A DNA stretch of 56,098 nucleotides, counting the filler, from Sphacelaria rigidula (Eukaryota), in the NCBI GenBank assembly GCA_964200075.2. It is 6 parts of 6 records of this genome, joined end to end, with 100 filler letters (N's around TTAATTAATTAA, not from the genome) between each part and the next. Parts side by side here need not be neighbours in the genome. Positions count along the whole stretch, not along the records: positions 1 to 9,267 come from CAXNAA020008879.1; positions 9,368 to 18,634 come from CAXNAA020008880.1; 4 more parts are not named here. One strand, given 5' to 3'. This document shows, piece by piece, positions 1 to 11,618 of the stretch; the first letter of the stretch is position 1, and each line of letters opens with the position of its first letter. The notes under the pieces are model-generated. The model searched no databases and was not told the origin of the DNA. It saw only the letters and a program-made list of their open reading frames with translations. The position numbers and the translations under genes were made by a program.

Positions 1-3000
1 ATGCGAGGCCACCCAAAGTATTCTTTGAAACGAAACAGAGTCGGCGCCACACCACGGTGACCAGCCGACCGCATGTGAGCGCACACCATGAAGCGAGTTT
101 GTCGAGCCTCATCCGACGGAATCCACAGAACATCACTACTGCCAACATACACGCGAAACAAACCCTCATCAGCCGAGGCAGCTTGACCGAAAGTCGCAGG
201 AAAAGAATAAACATCGTCGCCAACTGTTTTGCGCTGCGCGGTACGAATGACGTCTAACGAGGGCAGCGAATCATCGGCATCACACGGGCTGTACACGGCA
301 ACAGAACGAACAGGCACGGTAGGAACCGTCACCCAGCCAGACAACAAAATTTTCCCAACAATTGCGCTCTCCAGGAATGTTTTCAATGGCATACCGATAT
401 TGGCCGAGCACTCCTTTCCAATTTTCAAGCCGTTGCGCCATGGACTTCGTCACCGATGTGATACACGCTTCGGGCTTTGAAATATAGTTCAGATTGCGAT
501 GATCGGTGGAAATGCAAACATCACCCCGAAGCAAGTACTCTAGCCCTCAAAATGTATTGACTCTCGCGAAACCTCCTTTGTCCACTGTCGCCCACCGCAA
601 CTGCGAACACTTAAAACTACCACTCAGAAATTCCAACGGTTCGTGTAACATGTTTTCGAGCGCAATTCCACTACTAAACTCTGCGACAGGCACTTGCGTC
701 AAAAACCTACCCCAGTGGGAAGCCGAAGCATCTGGAAACATCAGAAGAACGCACCCTGGACAAGGATGATACAGCGGCACCGCTTGCGCCACCAAATCTT
801 CCGCAGTACGCCATGCCCGCACACGATCCTCCGTCCAAGCGTCCTCCGGAATGGTACGATTACGCGCCACCCAGTTGGTCCGACGCGAAACCCCGAACAT
901 AAGTTGTTCCAAAAACACACAAAGCAGCGCAACTACTTCCGCCATGCGCGGGAGTGAAGTCCGCAACCAATTCACCGCCTGCAGAAACTGCATTAGTTCA
1001 CTAGCGGTTTGAGGACGCGTATGTTGCTCAAACCTTGGATGCGGGCGGGATCATGCGAAACAGTACCCTTGGAGTACACCTTACCACACCAAACCACTTT
1101 GCGCGCAAAAAAGGTGCACTTATGCGCAGCGACGAACAGACCAACACTCCCCAAGGGGTCAACATTTTCGTCAAGCAAAGCTAACAATGCTTCTTCGGTT
1201 CCAGCAAAATAGAAAATGTTATCCACCCACACTTTACAGTTTAGATCTCGCAAAATGTCAGTCAGCACAACTTGGAAATACGCCGTGGCGTTCAACACGT
1301 CCTGCGGGACACGAGTAGGCGTGAACAAACCGTCAGGTGTGACGATCGTGAAAGTCTCCTGAGCCTCCGGCGCCAGAGGCATCTATCTGCCAATACCCCT
1401 GGAGCAGGTCTGACTTGCCGAAGCATTGGGCTCCCAGCAACCCCCCGCATGTCCTCTTAGCTCGGCATCACCCCCGGAGACTGCTCCATCTGCGCATTCA
1501 TCGCCTGGTAGTCGCTGACCAACCAGAATGTGTCCCGCTTCGGAACCTCCATCGCCGGACTCGCCCACAGAGCCTGGATGCTCCTAACTAACACACCAAA
1601 CGCCACCAAAGCTGCGATGCATGAGGCAAGTCACTCGGTCTTCACCGGATTGTAACGGCGAGGCTTGACCTTCACAGCCTTCGCCTCTGGTTTGAGCTGC
1701 ACCATGAACAAAATGAATCCACGCGACAAGCCAAAACATCACGCAGACAATATGCGCCATCGGCGCTCAGGCCCTTCTGCTCGGCCTGCTGCACGCTATC
1801 CTCTAGCGCACGTTCTCGTACACCTGTCTCCTCCGCAGGGTCCATGAACATGTCGGCCCCGTGATCAACCAAGCGCTACACCACTTCATCCGCAAGAGCC
1901 TCCTCCTCTTTGGCCCTCTGGAACGACCGTATGGAGACGATCACACGCCACACAGCAAGATCGCTGGGGTTTTCCACGCCGGTTTGCACCGGCACAGCAC
2001 GCGAGCGTAACTTATCCAACGCCAGCGGGTACAAATCCATCCCGAGCTCCTTCATCGTCGCCATCCCAAACAGAACCACGTCGTCCCTGCGGGGCATGAC
2101 AGCGAACGTGATGGGCTGCAACTCCACAGCTCCCCACGGCGTACGCATGCTAACAACAATTGGCACCACTTTATGTGTAACCGTCACGGGAGCACACGTG
2201 GCCGTCTGTGCTGTTTGCGGTCCATTTTCGAACAGAAGCTGCAGCTGAGCGCTGCCAAACGGCGAAGAGATTTGTTTTAGTAACCCCACAACGATCGACT
2301 TGAGCACGGACCCAGAATCCACAATAACGCGAGCCATGAACGAACCTACGGAACCAGGCAAGGAACGATTTGCGCGTAAACATCCTGCGGTGCGATCGAC
2401 AGGCACCACACCTGCCGAAGAACCCTGGTCGTTACCAAGAATCACCTGACGCCAGGGCTGCGTTCCAGTACTTGGCATCGATAAATGAGGGTCGGCGGTC
2501 CACCCAGACCACGTCGCCGAAAATGCAGACGGCACTGTTACAGCCGTCGCAGCAGTAGGACATACACCAGACACAGATCCTGCCTGGCCGAGGGGATGCG
2601 AACTATTCGCTCCGGCATTCCCCACCGAAGTATTTGCATTTCCCACGTACACTGTTCGCCCCGGTACGGACGAACCAGAAGATCCAGAGTCACCACCTGA
2701 TGACGAAGTCAAAGAAACAGCCGCGGAGGAACCACCATCCGCCACCGATTGCTTGCTACCGCGGCCGCGGCGGCCGCTTCCCTCGTTGGCACGGCCCCAT
2801 CTACCGTGACGATCGCCTCGAGATCCTAATGAAACTCGCGCATTTCCTTGAGCAGCACCTTAAGCGCGAGGCTTGGGGCAGTCCTTAATCAGGTGTCCGT
2901 TGTCGCCGCAGTTGTAACACGCGAGCGTGTACGACGCTCGCGAAGACAGCCGCTGTTTCTGTTGCTGTTGTTGTTTGCGACGCGCACCACCTGCACTTGC

Positions 3001-3960
3001 CGTAGAATCGCGCCGGCCATGCGCCTCAATGAACTTCCAGCGGTCGGCGGCATCAAATATTTTGTTGAGCACCACCGTCAGATTTTTTCCCCAGTCGTCA
3101 TCAAACCTTCGTACGCTTCTGACATACGCCTTGAATTCCGGAGGCAAAATCCCGCCCACCAAAGCTGTGGTAACCGACTCGGCCGGGCCTGGCAACCAGC
3201 TCATGTCCTCCGCACGATACATGGCTTGCACCGTGAGGCTTTCAGCAAAAACCTCTTCCATCGATGAGTATCGATGGGTTAACCATCATCGCTCTATCCT
3301 TGACGGATGTTCCACCGCTTTGCTGCGTAGTAAGAACTCTACGCAGGTCTGCAGCCCGCGCAGGATCATGCGTACCGCCGGTTGTGGTGTACCCCGCATG
3401 CTGCTTCACAGCATCTAGCAATTCGTCGGAGGTCATAGCCCGACGGTCCTTGTACATGCCTTCAAAGCACCGATGAATGCATGTAGGGATGAGTTGACCT
3501 ATGATCACCCTAGAATGCGTTACAACTCCTTGAGCATTTGCAAGGTACAACCTCTCCAAATGGTCGAGATATGCGGCGTAAAAACACGTGATGCTTCCTC
3601 GGTCCACATCTCGCCATACTTTGGCGGGTCTAGCGGCTCACCTAACACCAGCGGCGCTGCTGCCGCTCGAGCTATGTCGTCTAGAATTCGAATATTTCAC
3701 GGAAACACTCTTGCCTGACTTGTGCGTTCTCCCGCCCACGGAGCGTCCTCTACTGCTGTGCGCTTCAAATCGTCTCCTTCCGCCTGCAGGCTAAACTACT
3801 TCCAGCTGCGGCCCCTTCTCCTCAGCCAAACTCCTCCAACAGAGTGCCGAGAAGAATGTCTAAATATTGTAGCCTCTGCCGGACGATCTGGAAAAGAGGA
3901 CTTCCAACGAGGGACTCCTCCACTATCACTGGCCTCGTGCCAGACAAATCCTTTATTCTA
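1..3960 (-). mobile_element. Decayed Ty3/Gypsy LTR retrotransposon, copy A (gag-PR-RT-RNaseH, integrase running off the segment start)
   Basis: Minus-strand ORF fragments in Gypsy order: gag with CCHC knuckle CYNCGDNGHLIKDC (2860-3261), protease VIVDSGS (1876-2745), RT ...TPTRVPQ...KVWVDNI (993-1382), RNaseH FPDASASHWG...FLSGSF...RWATVDK (547-993) and ISTDHRNL (280-534). Many frameshifts and stops. LTR limits not resolved, so the right end is approximate. Confidence 0.93.
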
Positions 3961-4239
3961 ACTTGTTGTTATCACGGAATTATTCTCAACAGATCACGAG
4001 CCAGGCAGCAAGGGGCCACACAGAAAAGGGCCATCAATCCAGGAACCCCGGTCCCCTGCCACTGCTCCAATCATGCATGCGGTTATACTGAAACCTACGG
4101 CTTGGTATCATTTGGCTACAGGTTTGAATTGTTAGAAGCCCACCATCTCATCCAAAAACCGACTCATGAAATATGTGTGAGCGCACGCCACGTTTAGCAT
4201 TACAATGGGCTAGGGTTATCCCGAGTTTGAAATAATCCT

Positions 4240-5200
4240 AAAGTGAAGGCGGGAATGTTCTGACACATATTATTGTGTAACTACTAACTTTAGGACCCCC
4301 TGAATGCGAAAAATATGGTTCCGGATGTGTAACCCCCACCGTAGCTTCACACCTAGGTGAGACCAGCAGGAAGGTAGTTGGGGAGGTCACGAATGTCGTG
4401 AGGACTGACGCAGGGTTCACAGCAGGCCACAGAAACACGAGGCCTACCTTCCGATCTCTGGAGATCTTCCGGTAAGTCGAGATGAAGAAGCTTATCGCTG
4501 ACAAGTCGCCCGTGTGGAGCTGTTTGCAATGGCGCTGCTACAAAAATGTTAAAAGGGCCTGTCAAATTCAGTGATATTTTTGGCTCATGGATCGTATCGT
4601 TGGGCAGCTCGCTGGCCCCTTGGATGCTTGTCGCCAAGTTATTGTAGATCCATACCCAATCGCCCAACCTTCCGGTTCGGGTGTATGTGCATAAGGTCGT
4701 AGAGGGAAGTGTTCAAGTTTTAGATGGATGACTCATGGGTCGTTGATCGCGTGTTGCCCATGGACTAAAGTATGTGTTTTGCGCTGTCGATAGCCTGCCA
4801 GTGTATGGTAGAATATATGATCCCGATCCGCATATTGATGGCCGTCGAACTTATCATGTTTGAGCATGGTGGCTGGTGGTCGAATCAAAAACAACTGAGG
4901 ATGAAGATTATTGGGAACGAGTTCAGTGGCTGCAGTGACGAATTGGTGTATGCCAGCATGGCATAGGAGAGATGAAGGTCTCAACATTCTGACGATCGTT
5001 CGCGACCGTCGACGAAATCTTGGCCATGGTGTGATCAACCCTGTCAGTACCACCATTGCCGATACACTGCTGGGCGCTCGCGGCGACCTTGCGGATACCC
5101 ATGAGCTTGTACAGGGCAGTGGAGAGATCCGCGGGAGAAGTGTTGACTGTTGTCAGCGAGGACTCGTTGCGGGCAGTCGTCATGTTTGATATGGCCGTGA
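4240..5200 (-). mobile_element. Integrase C-terminal fragment of a different Ty3/Gypsy lineage
   Basis: Frameshifted minus-strand pieces CPQRVLADNSQHFS / ALYKLMGIRK...GNGGTDRVDHTMA (rve core) and GDWVWIYNN...KISLNLTGPF (GPY/F motif). Sequence differs from the copy B integrase it abuts. Confidence 0.7.
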
Positions 5201-8200
5201 GCGACGCACGCGTGCATACAAAACATAATCGCCTACTTCGAAACTCGGCAATTCCAGCCCCGACGAAGACCCCTCACGTCTACGCGCACTTTCAGCTGCA
5301 ACACGCTCCTGCACTTGAACGTGGAAACATTCTTGCAAGTCCAAGACTCCTTGCAATGCACTCTTAATTTGAACATCGTCCAGAACATCACACTTCCATT
5401 CCCCCGCCGACGAGGACGCCAGCACCGGGAAAGACGTCCGAGGGGCACGGCCGAACATCACGTGATATGGCGTGCTATCGTGCCGACGGCGATATGCTGT
5501 ATTTAGCACCCCTTGCACAGCGGGCAACACATCCACCCACTCGGTCACCTCTCGACGCTGCTCGAGAAGAATAGAACGAAGAGCACGAACTACTTCCTTT
5601 ACCATGTGTTCGCACGTACCGTTAGCCCACGGAGAATACGCTACCGAAAACCGGTGATCAACGCGCAACGCCTCTCGCAACCGAGCCAAGATCGCTTTCT
5701 TGAGATGCGTGGCGGTATCACTCACCCACACACGCGGCACCCCAAAGGTTTGCACCAATTCAGCGAAGACGCAGCAGTCGATTCAGCAGTACACACTACT
5801 ACTGGTTCCAGAGCAACAAAATTGCTCAAATCATCCATGATTACCAAAATGTATCGGAACCCAGCATCCTCCGACAAACCTTGGGAAGCTAGCGGGCCAC
5901 TCTCGCCCACGTGCAAGAAATCAAAAGGAACGACTTCATTCGGCGTGGTCCCCGGACTGTTTCACCGAGCGGGCGGGGAACAACATCGCCCGCCCTCGAG
6001 TCAGCACAGCGAAAACACTGGCGGACAAATTCGCGCACATTAGCTTCTATCCCCTGCCAGACATAAAGCTCTTGCAAGCGCACGAGCGTCGCAGCCACAC
6101 CATGATGCCCGGCGTCGCGCATGTGCGCGCAAATCATCAGACGTACCTGCAACTGCTTGTCATAACTTGGAATCCACAAAACGTTTCGGCCACGCACATG
6201 CACACGAAACAGATCTTCATTGTCCAAGATAGCAGTACCAGCATCCGTCTCGAAAGATTGCACACCGCATCTTCGGCCCCAAGGTCTTTTCGTTGCGCAT
6301 GGTGGACAACAGATTTGGATGGCATCGAGTCATCAGGTTCGCACGGACCATACACAGCCACGGCGCGCGCAGGCAAAGTGGGAATATTCACCCATCGCGA
6401 CAGCAAGTCACCCCACGCGTTACGTTTACCCGAAATATGACAAATCTTGTACCGATACTGTCCTAATAAACCTTTCCACCCCCCCAATCGCTGTGCCAAC
6501 ACCTTCGACACAGACGTCACGCATGCCTCCGGGTTGGAAATGTACGCTAGTCTTCGGTGATCCGTGAAAATGTGGACGCCATCCCACGATAGATGCTCGA
6601 AACGACGAAAAGTGCTCACGATAGCGAAACCTTCTTTGTCAATCGTTGCCCAACGCATCTGTGAACCATTACCACTCAGAAAAGCCAGCAGTTCATGCGT
6701 CATGTCTTCAACCGGCAACCGTTGTTGCATTTCTGCATCAGGCACCTACGTTACAAAACTACCTCAATGAAAGTCGAATGCATCCGGAAACATCAGTATC
6801 TGGCAACCGGGGCGGGGATGGAACAGTGTCACGGCGTGAGCCACCAGATCCTTCGCTGCCGCCCATGCCCGCAGCCTGTCCTCCATCCACGAGGCGGGTG
6901 GAATAACGCAATTTTCGGCCACCCGCTTCGTGCGCCTTGCAGCCCCCCCCATCAGTTCTTCTAGGAAAACGCACAAGGGCGCCACTACTTCAGCCGTATG
7001 TGGCAACGAGGTACGCAACCAGTTCATTGCGTGCAGGAATTGCATTAGTTCTGCTGCTGTTTCTGGACGCCGCATGTCGGACAAACCTTGCAAGCGGACC
7101 GGGTCATGCGAGACGCGGCCGTGTGAGTGTACTTTCCCACACCACACTAGTTCACCAGCAAAAAAAGGTACACTTGTGGGCAGCTGCAAATAGACCAACA
7201 CTCTCTAAGCGAGCCAAAATTGCATCAAGCGTATGCAACAGTTCGTCTTCCGTATCCGCGAAGAAAAAGACATCATCCACCCAAATCTTGCATTTCAAGC
7301 CATCTAAAAGGTCTACCGTGACACCTTGAAAATATGAAGTAGCATTCAACACGCTTTGCGGTACTCGTTGCGGGGTAAACATGCCAAACAGGAGTCGTGA
7401 TTGTGAATATCTCTTGCGCCTCTTCGGCCAACGGCATCTGCCAGTACCCCTGTAGGAGGTTCAACTCACCGAAACATCGCGCACTCAATAGGTCTATCAT
7501 GTCGGATTCCTGATTGGGCATGACGCCCGGCGACTTGTCCACCTGATCATTGACGGATCCGTAATCGCTGACAAAACGGGAAGAGTGCTTCTTCGGCACC
7601 GTCATCGCTGGACTGGATCACACCGCCTGTAGATTCCTGAACACCAACCCAAACGCCACAAGAGCTCCCATGCAAGAAACTAACCAACTGGACTTTACCG
7701 GATCATACCTCCTCGGTTTTGCCTTCACCGCGGCCGTCCCTGGCTCCAGTGTAACCCTTATGGGTTCCATGCGCGCAGGGGGATCACCCCTCAGCGCACG
7801 ACGAAACGCGTTAACGTGGCGATACAATATGCCACGCAAGCGCTCCACTATTAAGACGGTGAGGCCATTTGCCACACCATCCGTCACGCTTTCCTCCAGC
7901 GCAGCTTTTCGCGCGGACTCTTCTTGCGCCGGCTCCATAAACATATCGGGGCCACGCTCCACCAAGCGTTCCACCGCCTCATCACACTCCTTGGACACCT
8001 GCCCCCCCGGCTGCTGGAGAGCATCGACCGACAAACTCACTCTGCGACTGGCCAAAAAAGCTGGCGTCTCGACACTCGAACCGGGCGACGGCATTTGCGG
8101 TTTTAGGGACTCTAACAGACGATCATACGGATCGACTCCGAGTCCCCGAAGCGTCGGTAAGCCCAACAAAACGACACCATCCGTCCCCGACATGATTGCA

Positions 8201-9150
8201 AACGATATCGGGGGTAATTTCGCTGGCCCCCAGGTAGTCCTAAACGCCAACTGTAGGGGAATCATACGCCCCATCACATTTATGCGTTGCCCCGATGCGG
8301 TGATGGCCTGCCGCGCCCCGAGCGAGAATGGAATTCGGATTTTCTCACCAGGGAGTAGACGCTCCAGCATCTCCACAATCAGCACCGACACGCTCGTGAA
8401 GTGAGCGCCTGAATCCAACACCGCGTTGACCGATATGGCTCCCCGCGCCCGTTGATCGGGGAGATTCTCGACCGGCACCTGCTCCGCCGACTGATTGGTC
8501 GTGATCCCCACTTGGCGCCACGGCTGCGCGCGCGGCGCAGGCATAGACGCCCCCGCTGGGGTCACCAGCACCGGCGGCGGGTACGAAGCCTCGCCCACAG
8601 AACCAACTTGCAGCGGTACTCCGGCCGACGCAGCAGCGGATCCAAATTTCAGCTGAAAACCGGCCGGCTCCGCCACAGGCGTCTCGCCTTGCTCTGCTGT
8701 TGGCGGGGCCGGCACCGAGCCCGAGACTGGAGAGGTCGGTCCCACCCGCGCCGCCCGTCAGTAGCCCCTGCGGCTGAACCAGACCCAGAACCGGACCCCT
8801 GCTGTTGCCGCTGCTCCTGCTGCTGCTGCTGCTGCTGCTGGGAACTCAACTGTACACCTCCACCGCTGGAGGATCCGCCTCCGCCACCACCCCGATTACC
8901 TATCCCTCCTTTGTGATTGCGAGGGCGCGCGGCACTCGTCTGCGCAGGCTCCCCCCCAGAAGGCGTTGGGCACTTCCGTGCGTTGTGGCCTACCTGGCCA
9001 CACTGATAGCAAGTAATATCGGCGGCGGCACTGCCTGCGGATTTTGATCGGCGGTTACGCGAGCTCGAAGACTGCGGCGACGAAGTGGATGACTTTCCGA
9101 ACACTTCAACCCTCCGCCTTGCCTGAGCTTCAGCCACCACGGTATCCATG
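5200..9150 (-). mobile_element. Decayed Ty3/Gypsy LTR retrotransposon, copy B (gag end-PR-RT-RNaseH-INT)
   Basis: CCHC knuckle CYQCGQVGHNARKC (8649-9149), protease VLDSGA (7618-8745), RT LLQGYWQMPL and KIWVDDV (7152-7605), RNaseH (6137-7201), integrase HHCC zinc finger HMRDAGHHG...CFRC (5889-6263), DDE core MDDLSNF / VSDTATH / NGTCEHMV (5180-5916). Same family as copy A. Multiple frameshifts. Confidence 0.95.
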
Positions 9151-9267
9151 AGTAACTACGGGTCCGACTTCCAATTCTTTTCGTGCTGTAAGTAACAGCA
9201 AATTGTGAGAATTGAGGTTTAACTCTGAATTGAGGCTCAAGTGGGCAACCCAACTTGCGAACTGTTT

Positions 9268-9367
9268 NNNNNNNNNNNNNNNNNNNNNNNNNNNNNNNNN
9301 NNNNNNNNNNNTTAATTAATTAANNNNNNNNNNNNNNNNNNNNNNNNNNNNNNNNNNNNNNNNNNNN
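9268..9367. other. Artificial 100-bp spacer (N44-TTAATTAATTAA-N44), repeated at 18635-18734, 28001-28100, 37367-37466 and 46733-46832
   Basis: All five spacers are identical, contain a six-frame-stop linker, and separate segments of 9266-9267 bp. Confidence 0.97.
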
Positions 9368-11618
9368 CCTAGCACTCTGTGACCACGGGTTCGAGAGATC
9401 GAGCTAATGTGACGGATACAATAATAAATATTAAAAATACGTGCACGTGATGCTGTTGAGTGATGATGTCACTTCGGAATATTTTTCTTGTCCATGTTTT
9501 CGAAGCAGCTTCAGTCAACGCCCCCGTCTGTCCGCCCTTTCAAGACTCTCTTTGAAACATATGAAACCTTCTTTTCACCAAAGGTTTGAAGGTTTTACAT
9601 GCACTTTCCGAGTGATAATTTGATGAAATAGGAAGCGTTAGGAAGCATGTAGCCCTGGCGCTCTCAAGTGGTGTTATGTGATATGATACGAAATCCGGCA
9701 TCCGGCATGCATGCCGGCTACGCTGTTGTGTGTCTTGTATCCCTTTCCTCCTCTCTGTGTTGTGGACATCAATTTCACCTTGTCCTGGAGTTTTTGGTGG
9801 AATCAATGCTGTAGAGTACGACGTGGATTGTACATAGTTCGGAGGTGTGGTTTACGCTCCAGGAATATTAGCGCGGTAAGTATACTGCGTCGTCACTGTA
9901 TGGGGTGATAATGCTTCCTCTGCATCCAAGCTTTCAGGCTTGGGATTGCTCTACAGATCAAATGCGTGTATGCATGTGTGTGTGCGCGCGTCGCGTCCTT
10001 TGTGTCTGTTTTCAATGTGCTGCCTGCCGACCACGCCGGTAGTGATGTGACTCGTAGATAACAGTATCTTTTTTGTTGTTTGCCCGCTCGCCTACTGGTC
10101 TGTTGGTCGTTGGTCGTTGGTCGTTAATGTTGTACTGATGCGATGAACGAAGAGCGACATGAGTATTATTGTGTTGTCTTTTTTTATGCACGATATGTAC
10201 GTACGTACAGTACATTAGGTAGTGTCGGTTTACCCATGGGTCGGAGTACTACTTGCTCGTAGTATCTCACCTCGTGACGATGTCGATCGATTTGTTTCAT
10301 GTATATATGTTTTTTTTCTCTTGTTCTCTTGAATTTTTTTTTTCTTATTTTTCTCTCTTCTGCAAAGTAATAAGAAAAAAAAGAAGAAATGGTTTCGATC
10401 GGAAAGGTATGTCCCGTCGGTGATTTGAACAATCGGTGCCATCTTGATTCACAGGGACTCTCTTGGGGACCCAACCATCCACGTGCAAAGGGCTCGCGGT
10501 CTATTACTGTCATTCTCCACTTGTCCGAGCACAAACGCGCAATTTGTCATCTTCTATTTAGCCTTATATTTGAACGTTTTTACCCCGCGATTTTACCCCC
10601 CCCCATCATCATCATCAACTGTTGAATCATTCAATTGTATATGGATATAATCAGATTTTGCCAAACCTCCTTCGAATGGGCATGCTATGCACGGAACGAA
10701 CAGGAGATCGATATAATATAAGTACAACAGACCTTTCACACGAAAAAAAGCTTGATCAAATATTAAATGTGCTACGTACAACCAAATATTGACGAGTCAG
10801 GCCTCTCTCTCTCATCTGTTTTCGCGTAGGTTGTATACCAGCGGTCGTTGATACATTTGACACTGCAGGTCGATGTATGTATTGTATCGAACATTGAAAA
10901 ATCTGACCGATAGTTCGACCGATAGTTTGGGGTGTTCGGAAGTAACCGAGTTATTGAATGCGTAGTCGAATCTCCTTCTTCCTGCTCCCGATTATTATCC
11001 TCCACAATCGTCACTGCCATTCCATCATCATATTTACTTTTGCATGCTCCAACCGTTATAGTTTCAAAATGAAATCTTCTTGTAGTAATCATACTTATAA
11101 TAATATGAACTACGGTGTGGGGCAATTTTGATGAGAAGCGAAGCACACCCCCGACAATAGATTACATTAGCAAAAAGTGCACTGCGTACAGAATCGAATG
11201 TTGCGTCCACTTTCACAACAGGCAATAGATCCGATACTGTACCCAGTACGCTTGTTGCGGATGTAGTCTATTGTCATTATCCAGCGTATGAAATGAAGCG
11301 AGAACGCCCCGATTTTCCTTCCGGCGGCCTGCTCATTGCCTTCGCTCGCCGATATTTTTGCGATATTTATAATGAAAAAAATACATATTTATATCGGCTT
11401 TTGATATATATATATATTGTCTTTCCCTTGTCCGAAAAATAAAATCCAACCAACCATCCATTCAATCCCAACCAACCGATTAATGAATGAATTAATTAAA
11501 CGTATATGATTTACATATAAGTATTTATTATTTTCGTTAGTTGCTACCGCCGATCTACAGCCCTAATTTTTTTGCATTCGTTGTTTCCTTGTTTTCGTTT
11601 TGTTTGTGACTTCTTCAG

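Noticed and set aside
8649-8760. Programmed gag-pol ribosomal frameshift in Gypsy copy B
   Set aside because: No clear slippery heptamer at the overlap, and the element has many other random frameshifts, so decay explains it.
9312-9323. TTAATTAATTAA recurring every ~9.37 kb as a periodic biological motif
   Set aside because: It is always embedded in exactly 44+44 Ns and gives stops in all six frames, so it is an artificial linker.
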